A stretch of DNA of 23,792 bases from Thermoproteota archaeon (GCA_037917625.1 JAVCBY010000086.1:1-23792), one strand, 5' to 3'. Numbered from the stretch's first letter, positions 1 to 9,099 are shown. Translations and numbers: made by a program. Notes: generated by a model from the sequence alone, not told the origin.

Positions 1-88
1 CCTTAGATGAGAGAAAAAATGAGAGTAGTGAGGCCACAGTGGTCTTTCCAACTCCTCCCTTCCCGGCTACTATGATCTTAAGTCCCAT
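1..88 (-). CDS. cooC: CO dehydrogenase nickel-insertion ATPase CooC, N-terminal part (runs off window)
   Basis: Not in ORF track. ATG at 88, 5 nt after the cooS stop, reads MGLKIIVAGKGGVGKTTVASLLSFFLSSK, with the deviant Walker A GKGGVGKT of MinD/CooC ATPases. Context directly after cooS. Confidence 0.85.
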   Translation of the reverse strand, partial: MGLKIIVAGKGGVGKTTVASLLSFFLSSK

Positions 89-93
89 AAAGG

Positions 94-2016
94 TCACCCT
101 GGCCAGCCGAGCTTCCTCCTCTTCTCCCTTATGTGCTCTATCATCACTTTAGCAGCTTTCTCCGGATCCGTCTCTACGAAGAACTTACCGCCTACCAAAC
201 TCTCGGCGTCCTTAGTCAGCAACTCCACGATCCTCTTGGAGCCTAGGACTGGAGGCACCGTCCCGAGGTGGACTAAGAGGCCGCTAGCCACGAAGTAGCT
301 ACCTATGCAAACAGCTTTCTCGCTGTACCACTCGGGAGCTGAGCCTGCGGCTGGGAGATCACTAATATCAACTCCTAGGTGATTAGCTAGCGCAGCTAAG
401 GCTATGAGCATCCTACTGCAATCCACACAACTCCCCATGTGGAGGGCTGGAGGTATTCCGAGGGCCTTGCATACCTCCCTCAAACCGGGCCCAGCTAGTT
501 CAGCAGCTTCTGGCTTGAAGAAGCCATGTTTACTCATGGCTATCGCCCAGCAGCCGGTGCCAACGACTAGGATATCGTTAGCTATGAGCTCCTTGGTTAT
601 CGCTACGTGAGAGCTATCTTGCCTCACCTTCGGGTTAGTGCATCCCACGACCCCAGCTATGCCCTTTATCTTGCCGCTCTTGAGGGCGTCCGCCAGGGGC
701 TCCAGGGTCCCCCCTAGTGCAGATAAGATTGCCTCGACGCTGAAGCCGACTACGGCTTCCATCTTCTCCTTCGGTATGAATACTTTCTCCTTCACCCTAT
801 TCTTGAAGTTCTCCACAGCTACCCCGAGTATCTTCTTAGCGCTCTCCCTAGCATTAGCTTTATCGAACTCTATGTGAATAGCTCCCGGTACCTTCGTCTT
901 AGGCTCAGTCGTTATTATCTTCGTGTGGTAGCATGAAGCTACATCCACTAGAGCTGGCATTATGCACTGATAATCCACTATCACAGCCTCTAAAGCTCCG
1001 GTGATTATCGCTAACTCCTGCTGGAGGAAGTTGCCGGCTATCGGGATCCCCAACCTCATCAGCACCTCATTACCAGTGCAACACATCCCGACCACGTTTA
1101 TGCCCTCAGCCCCCACGCTCTTAGCTAATTCTACCATCTCAGGGTCCTTAGCTACCTCAGCTATTTGCATCGATAACAGCGGGTTGTGGCCGTGGACCAT
1201 GACGTTAACTGAATCTTCCCTAAGCACGCCTAAATTAGCCCAGACCCTTATGGGCTTCGGCGTCCCGAACATTACATCGCTGAGGAGGGTAGCCATCATC
1301 GAACCGCTCCAACCATCAGCCAGAGCTGCTCTCAATCCTTGAGCTATCAAATTGAGCGGATCAGCATCTACTCCCATGTGAGTCCTATGCATTATCTCAG
1401 TTACCTCTCTATCTATGGCCCTGGGCGTTATCCCAAGCTTCCTCCACAGCTCCTTCCTCCTCTCAGGGGCATACGCGTTCAAGAACCTAAGGGGTGAATT
1501 ATCAGGCTTACCGAACTCCATCTCAGCTATCTCAACGACCTCCTTAGCTACTTCCGTTATACTCTTTCCCTCAGTCTCTATTCCTAAGGCCTTCGCTATG
1601 CCGAGTAGTTTCTGCTCATCGGCTATCTTGTAATCCTTGGCCCATCCATCCACTATCCCCCTGAAGACTTCCACTATGTCCCTAGCGTGATCGCTGTGGG
1701 AAGCTGCGCCAGCGGCGAGGGACCTCATGAGGTTCCTAGCTACTATCGTATCAGCGCTAGCGCCACATATCCCCTTATCCGGACCGTAGCCGAAGGGATC
1801 TATCCTGCAGGGACCCATGTTGCAGTTCCTGCAGCACACGCCCAACAATCCGAAGCCGCATTGAGGTTGTTGCTTTAGGTACCTGTGCCAAGCGGTCTCG
1901 ACGCCCTCTCTATCAGCTTTCTCAAGCAAAGGTGGGACCGTCGGATCTATCGATGCCTGCTGATAGAACTCCCTCTTAGTAGCCCTCAATACCCTCTCAT
2001 AAACACTCTCCTCCAT
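94..2016 (-). CDS. cooS: Anaerobic Ni-Fe carbon-monoxide dehydrogenase catalytic subunit
   Basis: D/B-cluster QCGFGLLGVCCRNCNMGPC...C; C-cluster ligands HGHNP, GMCCTG, DYQCIM, VVGCTN, GTGC, GSCVD; catalytic His (SHSDH) and Lys (SEKA). SD GGAGGTGA overlaps the cooF stop. Confidence 0.97.
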   Translation of the reverse strand: MEESVYERVLRATKREFYQQASIDPTVPPLLEKADREGVETAWHRYLKQQPQCGFGLLGVCCRNCNMGPCRIDPFGYGPDKGICGASADTIVARNLMRSLAAGAASHSDHARDIVEVFRGIVDGWAKDYKIADEQKLLGIAKALGIETEGKSITEVAKEVVEIAEMEFGKPDNSPLRFLNAYAPERRKELWRKLGITPRAIDREVTEIMHRTHMGVDADPLNLIAQGLRAALADGWSGSMMATLLSDVMFGTPKPIRVWANLGVLREDSVNVMVHGHNPLLSMQIAEVAKDPEMVELAKSVGAEGINVVGMCCTGNEVLMRLGIPIAGNFLQQELAIITGALEAVIVDYQCIMPALVDVASCYHTKIITTEPKTKVPGAIHIEFDKANARESAKKILGVAVENFKNRVKEKVFIPKEKMEAVVGFSVEAILSALGGTLEPLADALKSGKIKGIAGVVGCTNPKVRQDSSHVAITKELIANDILVVGTGCWAIAMSKHGFFKPEAAELAGPGLREVCKALGIPPALHMGSCVDCSRMLIALAALANHLGVDISDLPAAGSAPEWYSEKAVCIGSYFVASGLLVHLGTVPPVLGSKRIVELLTKDAESLVGGKFFVETDPEKAAKVMIEHIREKRRKLGWPG

Positions 2017-2020
2017 AGGG

Positions 2021-2590
2021 TCACCTCCCTATGAGAGAGGGGAAGCCCGAGGATGCCTTCTCGTAGATGACCCCTCCCATTCCTGTTATGAGCTCTAGAG
2101 CCCTCCTCCTCTTCTCCTCCATGAGCAGGTCCTCGGCTCTACCGAACCTGAGGGCGCCCGTTGGGCAGGCCTCGACGCATGCTGGTGGCAGCCCGGCCCT
2201 GAACCTATCGACGCAATGATCACACTTGATCACCTTCCCGACTCCACTGTAACTCGGGTGTCCGAATGGGCAAGCTAGCAAACATGTCCTGCAGCCTATA
2301 CACTTAGAGGGATCTGAGATCACGAATCCCTCATCCGTCTTATGCATCGAGCCAGTAGGGCAGCTCTTAACGCACGGGGCCGGGTCGCAGTGCATACACC
2401 TCATGGGGACGTAAATACCATCAGTCACGACGACGCTCGTCCTGGGCTTGGGCCTAGGTTCCTCAAAGATGGAAGTGTAAATGGACTTGCTCAAGGAATG
2501 CTCAACGGCACAAGCTATCTCGCAGCTCTTACACCCGACGCAACGGGAGGGGTACACATATATTAAGAATTCCTCGAGGGGTTGGGTCAT
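2021..2590 (-). CDS. cooF: CooF-type 4x[4Fe-4S] electron transfer protein
   Basis: CVGCKSCEIAC, CMHCDPAPCVKSCP, CIGCRTCLLACP, CDHC...PACVEACP; lies immediately upstream of cooS. Confidence 0.93.
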   Translation of the reverse strand: MTQPLEEFLIYVYPSRCVGCKSCEIACAVEHSLSKSIYTSIFEEPRPKPRTSVVVTDGIYVPMRCMHCDPAPCVKSCPTGSMHKTDEGFVISDPSKCIGCRTCLLACPFGHPSYSGVGKVIKCDHCVDRFRAGLPPACVEACPTGALRFGRAEDLLMEEKRRRALELITGMGGVIYEKASSGFPSLIGR

Positions 2591-2610
2591 GCGATCCCCT
2601 AGAATAGAGG

Positions 2611-2644
2611 GAATTTACAGAAATTAAACATTCCGAATTTCAGA
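2611..2644 (-). promoter_or_regulatory. cooF promoter (TATA-like TTTAATTT, 2628-2621) flanked by imperfect direct repeats
   Basis: GAATTTACAGA (2611-2621) and GAATTTCAGA (2635-2644) on + flank the TATA-like box about 30 nt upstream of the cooF ATG. Confidence 0.5.
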
Positions 2645-2656
2645 TTTTCATAAGGC

Positions 2657-3778
2657 TCATCTGCCCAATTTTTCCATTGAGGAAAGACGATATTTGTTAA
2701 TAATTGATACTTTAAGTTCCTTATACTTCTCCACGAGCTCCTCGCACTCGGGCGTGAGCCTGACGCCTCCCCTCAGATAACCTCCTCTAGAGCTCGTGAT
2801 CAAATTGAATCCCAAGATACTCTCCATCCTCCTTATCCTCTTGAATATAGATGATGGTGTCACTCCAATAGCTCTCGCTGCTTGACTCAAGCTCCCGAGC
2901 TCTCCTATAAGTGAGAGCAACTCCAGATCCCTCTCGTAAATTTCCTCCCCCTCCTCAGTTATCAACTTAATTGAGGGGACGAGCCTCACTCCCCTCACTC
3001 CTCCTCTCTCGCAACCCTCATCTAATATGCGGACGGCCTCTAGAGGAGGGGGGTTACTTTGATCGGGCGCGTTGAAGGGGCACCTACCCACTCTCCCCTC
3101 CGGATCCAGGTAGAGGAGCTTGCATCCGATCTCGCACCTCGGGCCCTCGATTATCTTGAATGGGAAGTCCCCTTTGAAGGCTATCCTGACATCGTAAATA
3201 CCCATGAACTTCGCTACTCGCCTACCGATCTCCAAACTTCGGTCTGAGGGATCCTCGATCCGGGGTGCCTTGAAGAGAGGAGGGGCTACCCACATCTCCA
3301 AGCCCATATCCTTAGCGAACTCTAGGATCGGGTTCAAATCTTCCTTCGAGCTCCGGAGGAACATGAGCTTCAGGTCAGATCCGTTTGAGATGAGGAACTT
3401 GAGGAGCTCTTTTGAGCTTTTGAAATCTCTCATTGAGGATGAGAACACGAAAATCCTGCTCGCATTGAGGAGAGATTCCCACGCTTTTCTATCAGATCTA
3501 GTCCTTGCGGGGACGAAAACATTGGATCTGAGGCCCCTCTCGATGGGAGCGCTTATCAGAAACGGGAGAGAGGAATGAAGCAGAGGATCTGGGCAGGAGA
3601 AGTGCACCTCGGGCCTATATCCCTCCCCTATGAGTATGTCCAATAGTAACTCCAGGGAGGATCCCTTGAGATAAGTCTCATAAACTCCCTCGCTCCAATT
3701 ACAGTGGGGACAGCTCAAATAACACTTACCAACGGCTCTCACGATGAGATCAACTTCCCTAGATGCTACTAACCCCAA
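2657..3778 (-). CDS. Putative CorR-like regulator: degenerate radical-SAM/twitch-like N-terminus fused to C-terminal ModE/LysR-type winged HTH
   Basis: C19-x3-C23-x2-C26; FSCPDPLLH where GGEP is expected; CEIGC..LDPEGRVGRCP twitch-like segment; C-terminal LLSLIGELGSLSQAARAIGV..SIFKRIRRMESILGFNLITSSRGG..GGVRLT. TTG start with GAGGTGA SD, overlapping the V4R gene by 20 nt. Confidence 0.8.
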   Translation of the reverse strand: MGLVASREVDLIVRAVGKCYLSCPHCNWSEGVYETYLKGSSLELLLDILIGEGYRPEVHFSCPDPLLHSSLPFLISAPIERGLRSNVFVPARTRSDRKAWESLLNASRIFVFSSSMRDFKSSKELLKFLISNGSDLKLMFLRSSKEDLNPILEFAKDMGLEMWVAPPLFKAPRIEDPSDRSLEIGRRVAKFMGIYDVRIAFKGDFPFKIIEGPRCEIGCKLLYLDPEGRVGRCPFNAPDQSNPPPLEAVRILDEGCERGGVRGVRLVPSIKLITEEGEEIYERDLELLSLIGELGSLSQAARAIGVTPSSIFKRIRRMESILGFNLITSSRGGYLRGGVRLTPECEELVEKYKELKVSIINKYRLSSMEKLGR

Positions 3779-4319
3779 TCTCCATCACCTCAGCTGAGAA
3801 TGTGCAGAAATCATTCCCAGTGGCGGCGCAGCTCTCCTCCACTAGGGGGCCGGTCCTTATGCCGAAGATGTCCTCGATCAGCGCTGACAATACGCCAGCT
3901 ACGAAGTGACATACTGGACCCTCTGCTCTCCTCCCCCTGGCCTCGAACGAGTCCCTGACGATTACCTTTATCTTACCTCCGGTCAGCTCTATGCTCCTCA
4001 CCTCACCGAAGCCCAGAGTCGAGAATACATCGCAAGCTATCTCGAAGATCCTCTTCCTCGTCAATCTACCCTCCTTAATTATCTTCATGATCCCCTTTTG
4101 GTTATGCTGCTTCATCATGCGGTAAGCGGAGTAGTAGAGGACGGGTCTCAGGGCCTTCTCACCCATGAGGGCAGATATACCTGACATGAAATCGGCCCAC
4201 CACCTAGTGGACATTATGACTACATCGCGTAAGATGACCTCGGAGAACTCAGGTATATCGACCCTAGCGTAAAGGACGCCCTTCTTATCCGGCCAGTTCC
4301 TCACTTCCCTTAAATACAT
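3759..4319 (-). CDS. V4R-domain protein (CorQ-like sensor)
   Basis: LGFGEV, DSFEA..GPVCHFVAGVLSA..EESCAATGNDFCTF (V4R C/E/C/C metal site). TATA TTTTTAAG about 21 nt upstream, so probably leaderless. Confidence 0.88.
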   Translation of the reverse strand: MYLREVRNWPDKKGVLYARVDIPEFSEVILRDVVIMSTRWWADFMSGISALMGEKALRPVLYYSAYRMMKQHNQKGIMKIIKEGRLTRKRIFEIACDVFSTLGFGEVRSIELTGGKIKVIVRDSFEARGRRAEGPVCHFVAGVLSALIEDIFGIRTGPLVEESCAATGNDFCTFSAEVMEIGVSSI

Positions 4320-4339
4320 ACCTGATTGACTGATTAGGA

Positions 4340-4486
4340 CTTAAAAAGGTTACTTCACCCGACCGATGGGGATCATATGTAAAAATTTTTTATGAGTTTT
4401 GAGTTAATTAATTATTCAAAGGTGACTCTCCCTCAAACCTTATTGAGGGGGTTGAGGCCCTATGGCTTTATAGTACTGCTACTATA
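4340..4486. promoter_or_regulatory. Divergent promoter region with several inverted repeats
   Basis: Minus TATA 4347-4340; plus TATA TTTATAG 4467-4473. Inverted repeats TTTGA-N13-TCAAA (4398-4420), CCCTCAA-N6-TTGAGGG (4430-4449) and TATAGTA-N4-TACTATA (4469-4486). Confidence 0.55.
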
Positions 4487-4502
4487 TGTCAGAGGCTTCT
4501 GT

Positions 4503-5624
4503 ATGAGGGTCAAGCCTTTCCTCGTCGAGAGGTTCATGAGCTCCTACGAGCACTTAGCTAAATTCAATATAGCTGAGACTTGCGTAGCTCCATTCAAGCT
4601 CAGCGAACTCCTAAATCTGATCGGTAGGGATCTCATTGAGGAGCTAAAGGATTTAGTCTTGGATTACGGTTACACTGAGGGCCTCCCTGAGTTGAGGGAG
4701 GGAATAGCTAAGCTCTACAAGAAGTTAGAGCCCGATGATATCCTCGTAACTAAAGGAGCAATAGATGCAAATTTCCAGGTATTCTACACATTATTGGAGC
4801 CAGGAGATAAAGTAATATCAATTTTTCCTGCTTATCAGCAGCTATACAGTGCGCCTGAATCCTTAGGAGCTGAAGTAGATCTTCTAGAGCTTAAGGAGGA
4901 GGAATCATGGCTCCCAAATCTAGATGAGCTCGAGAGGAAGGTCGATGAGAGGACCAAGTTAGTCGTGATTAATAACCCGCACAATCCGACTGGCAGTTTA
5001 ATGGATGAGAGGACTCTTAGGGAGGTAATAAGGATAGTGGAGGATTCAGGCTCCCGTCTCCTCTGCGATGAATCCTATCATGGCCTCTTCTTGGATGGAA
5101 GCTCAGTCCCATCAGCCGCAGATCTTAGCGAGAGAGTAGTAGTGACCAGATCTTTCTCTAAGCCCCTATCCATGACTGGCTTGAGGCTAGGGTGGATAGC
5201 TACGAGGGATAGAGAGCTAATAGAGGAGATAAAGCTCCGAAGGGATTACATGTCGATAAGCAATAGCGTTCTAGTTGAGAAGATAGCTGCGGAAGCTATG
5301 AAGAATGTCGATAGGATATATGAGAGGAGCCTCCGAATCCTCAAGGGAAACCTATCCGTGTTGAAGCAGCTCATTGAGAGCAGAGATTACTTACACTGGG
5401 TCCCACCCAGAGCTGGTAGCGTGGCTTTCCCAAGGTATGACTTAAATATAGGATCTGAGGAGCTAGCTTTAAGGCTCCTGAAGGAGAAGGGAACATTCTT
5501 AGTCCCCGGATCTTGCTTCGGTATAGAGAGGCACGTTAGGATAGGGTTCGGGGCTAGGCCGGAGATCTTCGAGGAGGGCGTGAGGAGGTTGGGCGAGTTC
5601 TTAGATTCCCTCCAAGGTGGGTAG
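4503..5624 (+). CDS. PLP-dependent aminotransferase class I/II
   Basis: INNPHNPTG, CDESY, SFSKPLSMTGLRLGW (PLP lysine), PGSCFG..HVRIGF. Start moved from 4392 to ATG 4503 on the basis of TATA spacing and the typical MRVKPFLVERF N-terminus. Confidence 0.92.
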   Translation: MRVKPFLVERFMSSYEHLAKFNIAETCVAPFKLSELLNLIGRDLIEELKDLVLDYGYTEGLPELREGIAKLYKKLEPDDILVTKGAIDANFQVFYTLLEPGDKVISIFPAYQQLYSAPESLGAEVDLLELKEEESWLPNLDELERKVDERTKLVVINNPHNPTGSLMDERTLREVIRIVEDSGSRLLCDESYHGLFLDGSSVPSAADLSERVVVTRSFSKPLSMTGLRLGWIATRDRELIEEIKLRRDYMSISNSVLVEKIAAEAMKNVDRIYERSLRILKGNLSVLKQLIESRDYLHWVPPRAGSVAFPRYDLNIGSEELALRLLKEKGTFLVPGSCFGIERHVRIGFGARPEIFEEGVRRLGEFLDSLQGG

Positions 5625-6785
5625 ATGAGATTCTTCAAACTATCTGCCATAACCTCCTTATTCAACGTAGGCTTCTACATAGCTACCTCCTTAATAGTCC
5701 TCTATTTCAGTGATATAGGCATGTCGGAATTTTTGATAGGGCTCGCCATGACATTAGCTCGCTTGAGTTACGGCTTAGCTTCCATGCTCTCCGGGGCTAT
5801 GGCTGATAGGGTGGGAAGGTATTATCCCATGCTGATGGGCTTCCTCCTAGGAGCTATGTCTATGATATTCCTCTCCCTCCTCAGATCTCAGTACTTAGCG
5901 ATCACTATGGTGATATTAGCTTGGATCTCTTACTCTATCTACAGCCCAGCGGCTTTAGCTTTAGTATCGGAGGTCTCCCGAGGGACAGCGACATCTTACG
6001 GTTGGTATTACTTCTTCCTAACTATAGGGCAGATAGTCGGCCAAGCTCTCTCAGGAAATATGATAAAGATAGGAGGTTACGGAGCTGCTTTCATACTCAG
6101 CGGTACCTTGAGCTTGATCTCAGCAGCACTGACTTGGCTCTGGTTCAGGGATGAGGGAGCTAAGGTGAGAGTGAGCTTATTGGAGGACCTTAGGAGGGGA
6201 GTTAGCATATTATTCAGGAACAAGTACCTCAGTTACTTAGCTTTATCCCTATCCCTTCACGGGATAGGGTTCACTATGTCCTTCACATTCATACCTCTAG
6301 TGGCCAGGCTGGATCAGGGGATGGACGAGCCCCAGATAGGATTAGCTCTATCGATCTGGAGCTTCGGGAACTTAATAGCTACAGTTCCCTTGGGGAAGCT
6401 GGCTGATAGGATAGGGGGGAGGGAGATGCTCTTATACCATTTAGCAGCTTCCTCAGCTGTCTGGTGGGTCTACCCATTCCTCAGAAATGAAATATTGATA
6501 TATGCTTTGATGATGATTCAGGGATTCGTTGGGGCCATGGATCTTCCAGCTAGAAGGCTACTGCTCGTAGGAATATCGGAGAAGGAAGTAGCTACAGCTA
6601 TGGGCTCCTTGGATTCGATAACATTCATCTTAAGCTCCTTGGGGAACTTGATGGCAGGTCTCACTTGGTACTTGGGGCACTGGGCCCCCTTCGCCTTTGG
6701 CTGTTTGATAAACACATTGGGCTTATTGATATTGCTGAAGATCGGGAACCCTAGCTCAGAGTTGCGATTCACCTCGCGTTTATAA
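5625..6785 (+). CDS. MFS transporter
   Basis: About 12 hydrophobic segments; motif A GAMADRVGR and GKLADRIGGR; abuts the aminotransferase stop. Confidence 0.92.
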   Translation: MRFFKLSAITSLFNVGFYIATSLIVLYFSDIGMSEFLIGLAMTLARLSYGLASMLSGAMADRVGRYYPMLMGFLLGAMSMIFLSLLRSQYLAITMVILAWISYSIYSPAALALVSEVSRGTATSYGWYYFFLTIGQIVGQALSGNMIKIGGYGAAFILSGTLSLISAALTWLWFRDEGAKVRVSLLEDLRRGVSILFRNKYLSYLALSLSLHGIGFTMSFTFIPLVARLDQGMDEPQIGLALSIWSFGNLIATVPLGKLADRIGGREMLLYHLAASSAVWWVYPFLRNEILIYALMMIQGFVGAMDLPARRLLLVGISEKEVATAMGSLDSITFILSSLGNLMAGLTWYLGHWAPFAFGCLINTLGLLILLKIGNPSSELRFTSRL

Positions 6786-6807
6786 GCAGCGGCTTCGGGA
6801 TCGCTAG

Positions 6808-7656
6808 ATGGATCCGATATATTCACTCATGCTGCTCATTGGGATAATTGCGGGGTTCCTCGGCGCCCTCCTCGGGATAGGAGGTGGGGTCATCATAATA
6901 CCCTGCTTGGTCATGTTCTTCGGCTTCAGCATAAAGGAAGCGATAGCCGTCAGTATAGTCAGCGTGGTCGCGACGAGCATAGCTGGAGCATCTAGATACG
7001 TGGATCAGAGGATGACTAATGTGAGACTCGGTATGTTCCTCGAGACAGCGACGACAGCAGGAGCTGTTTCCGGGGCTCTTCTGACGATTAAGGTCTCATC
7101 ATCTCTCCTCTATTTGATGATGGGGCTCCTATTGATATACCTCTCCATATCGCAGATATTGACGAGAAGGAGGGAGGAGGAGAAGTTGAGGGAGGATCTT
7201 TTCATCAGGGAGGAGGATGAGATAGCAAGGAAGATGGGCCTTTCTAACAGTTATCCGGATATCGCTGAAGGGAAGGAGGTGAAATATACAGTAATCAGGA
7301 CTAAATCTGGGCTAATAGCTTCATATTTAGCTGGCTTGATCTCAGCTATGTTAGGAGTCGGGGGAGGGATAATAAAAGTGCCCATAATGAATCAATTGAT
7401 GAACGTCCCGATAAAAGCTGCTGTAGCTACGAGCAAGTTCATGATAGGGGTAACAGCATCTACGGGAGCTCTCCTATACTTAGCTTATGGTCTCGTCAAT
7501 GAGGAAGCTGTAGCTCCAGTAGCGATAGGCGTTATGATAGGGGCAACTGCTGGAACATACGTCCTGAATAAGATGAAAACAAGCTCAATAAAGCTGGCAT
7601 TCGGCTTATTACTTCTTTACTTCGCTTATAATATGATAGTCAGGGGGATCTCATGA
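6808..7656 (+). CDS. TauE/SafE (TSUP) family transporter
   Basis: Duplicated GALLGIGGGVIIIP / SAMLGVGGGIIKVP motifs and AVATSKFMIGVTA. Confidence 0.92.
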   Translation: MDPIYSLMLLIGIIAGFLGALLGIGGGVIIIPCLVMFFGFSIKEAIAVSIVSVVATSIAGASRYVDQRMTNVRLGMFLETATTAGAVSGALLTIKVSSSLLYLMMGLLLIYLSISQILTRRREEEKLREDLFIREEDEIARKMGLSNSYPDIAEGKEVKYTVIRTKSGLIASYLAGLISAMLGVGGGIIKVPIMNQLMNVPIKAAVATSKFMIGVTASTGALLYLAYGLVNEEAVAPVAIGVMIGATAGTYVLNKMKTSSIKLAFGLLLLYFAYNMIVRGIS

Positions 7657-7943
7657 GAGTTGAGAGAGCTGTTTACCTCGCGCTCACAACTGGTATGGTC
7701 ATCAGCTTCTCCCTGCTCTCCATAGGCATCTTATTAGACCTAATAGGCATGAAAATTTACTCCACCTTTCTCTTAGCCGGGACATTTATCTTGGTCTTGA
7801 CTCCAATGGCCCGAGTCTTAGTTGCAATAATCGCTTTCGCTTCATCAAGGGAATTTTATAACGTGGCAGTTGCCTCCGTAGTCTTACTCTTCATGATCTT
7901 GGGCATCCTCATGGGATTGATCCTCAGGGTAGTGCCATCCTGA
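7653..7943 (+). CDS. DUF1634-like membrane protein
   Basis: Three TM segments, GTFILVLTPMARV motif, ATGA overlap with the TauE gene (the usual partner). Confidence 0.8.
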   Translation: MRVERAVYLALTTGMVISFSLLSIGILLDLIGMKIYSTFLLAGTFILVLTPMARVLVAIIAFASSREFYNVAVASVVLLFMILGILMGLILRVVPS

Positions 7944-8117
7944 TGATTCAGAAAAGATGCTTCTGACTAGATCCCTCCCAAATGGTTATATCTGGTTCGC
8001 GTGAAGCGTCCTCGATGAGGCTAGACCCTAAGGAACTGACTGAGCTTGCTTACGTGGAGGGTCGTAGTTTCGATCGGCAGAATGCATACAACTCAATGCG
8101 GAGACTGAGGTGGGTTT

Positions 8118-9059
8118 ATGAAATCAGTAGCTATGATAAATGATTGTGCTTATGTTGGCGAGGCATTAATAAAATATTTTCCTAAGGAACTCAAGATTAC
8201 GCACATAAAGAGGACTAGGGGTCTCTGGAGCAAGACGCTGGGCATAACTTACGGAATAATGAGAGCTAGAGCGGATGTCTATCATGTGCACTATCTGCTG
8301 CAGGACTGCTATATCGCAGAGAAGTTGGGGAAAAGACCACTGATAGGGCATGCGCATGGAAGCGACCTGAGAGCCAGCTTGAATCATCCCTTATGGGGTA
8401 GGATAGTCGAATATAATCTGAAGAGGTGCGATAGGGTTCTGGTGAGCACCCCCGACATCCTCAGCATAGCGAGGGAGTTTAGGGAGGATGCCGAATACCT
8501 CCCTAATCCGGTCGATATGCAGTTATTTTACCCGAAGCCTATTGAGAAACGCGAGAAAAGGAGAGTGCTCGTGGCATCGGATTCGAACTGGAGTGTGAAA
8601 GGGACTGACGTAGCGATCAGGGCGTTAAGCAAGATAAAGGAGGAGGTAGATGTCAGCATAATCTCATATGGGAGAGATCTAGACAGGACGCTATCTTTGG
8701 CGCGCTCTCTGGGCCTCCGCCTGAATTTGCTTCCGAAAGTTCCACATGAAAAGCTCAATCAGTACTACTGGGATGCTGACGTCGTCATGGATGGATTCAA
8801 GCTCGGCTCCCTTGGGATGGTCTCCTTAGAGGCGATAGCTTGTGGGAGACCTGCAGTAGTATATGTCTCATCGGAATATCCAGAGTACAGGGATTTCCCA
8901 TTGAAGGATGTAAAGGAAGAGGTGGAGATAGCTGAAGCAGTTCTCAACTCATCGGAGGGATTATGGGAGAGAGAGTACGAGTATCTGAGGAGAAATCATG
9001 ACCCAAGCATGATCGCGAGCAGAGTGCTGGAAATTTATCGATCTGTGGAGCAGAGATGA
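8118..9059 (+). CDS. Glycosyltransferase family 4 (GT-B)
   Basis: HAHGSD, LPNPVD, KGTD, GSLGMVSLEAIACGRP; SD GAGGTGG. Confidence 0.9.
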   Translation: MKSVAMINDCAYVGEALIKYFPKELKITHIKRTRGLWSKTLGITYGIMRARADVYHVHYLLQDCYIAEKLGKRPLIGHAHGSDLRASLNHPLWGRIVEYNLKRCDRVLVSTPDILSIAREFREDAEYLPNPVDMQLFYPKPIEKREKRRVLVASDSNWSVKGTDVAIRALSKIKEEVDVSIISYGRDLDRTLSLARSLGLRLNLLPKVPHEKLNQYYWDADVVMDGFKLGSLGMVSLEAIACGRPAVVYVSSEYPEYRDFPLKDVKEEVEIAEAVLNSSEGLWEREYEYLRRNHDPSMIASRVLEIYRSVEQR

Positions 9060-9099
9060 GATAGCGATTTTATCAAGGGCTTCAATTCGGCTCACTTCC

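Noticed and set aside
404-1878. Plus-strand ORFs opposite cooS, and similar antisense ORFs such as 15541-15900, 17175-17786 and 22744-23103
   Set aside because: Shadow frames of well-supported genes, with no motifs.
4392-4502. N-terminal extension of the aminotransferase in the ORF track
   Set aside because: AT-rich promoter DNA; the TATA and family N-terminus point to ATG 4503.
7941-7966. TGATGA...CTGA box C/D-like pair with TCAGAA/TTCTGA hairpin
   Set aside because: Only 26 nt with no second C'/D pair; the TGA is the DUF1634 stop.
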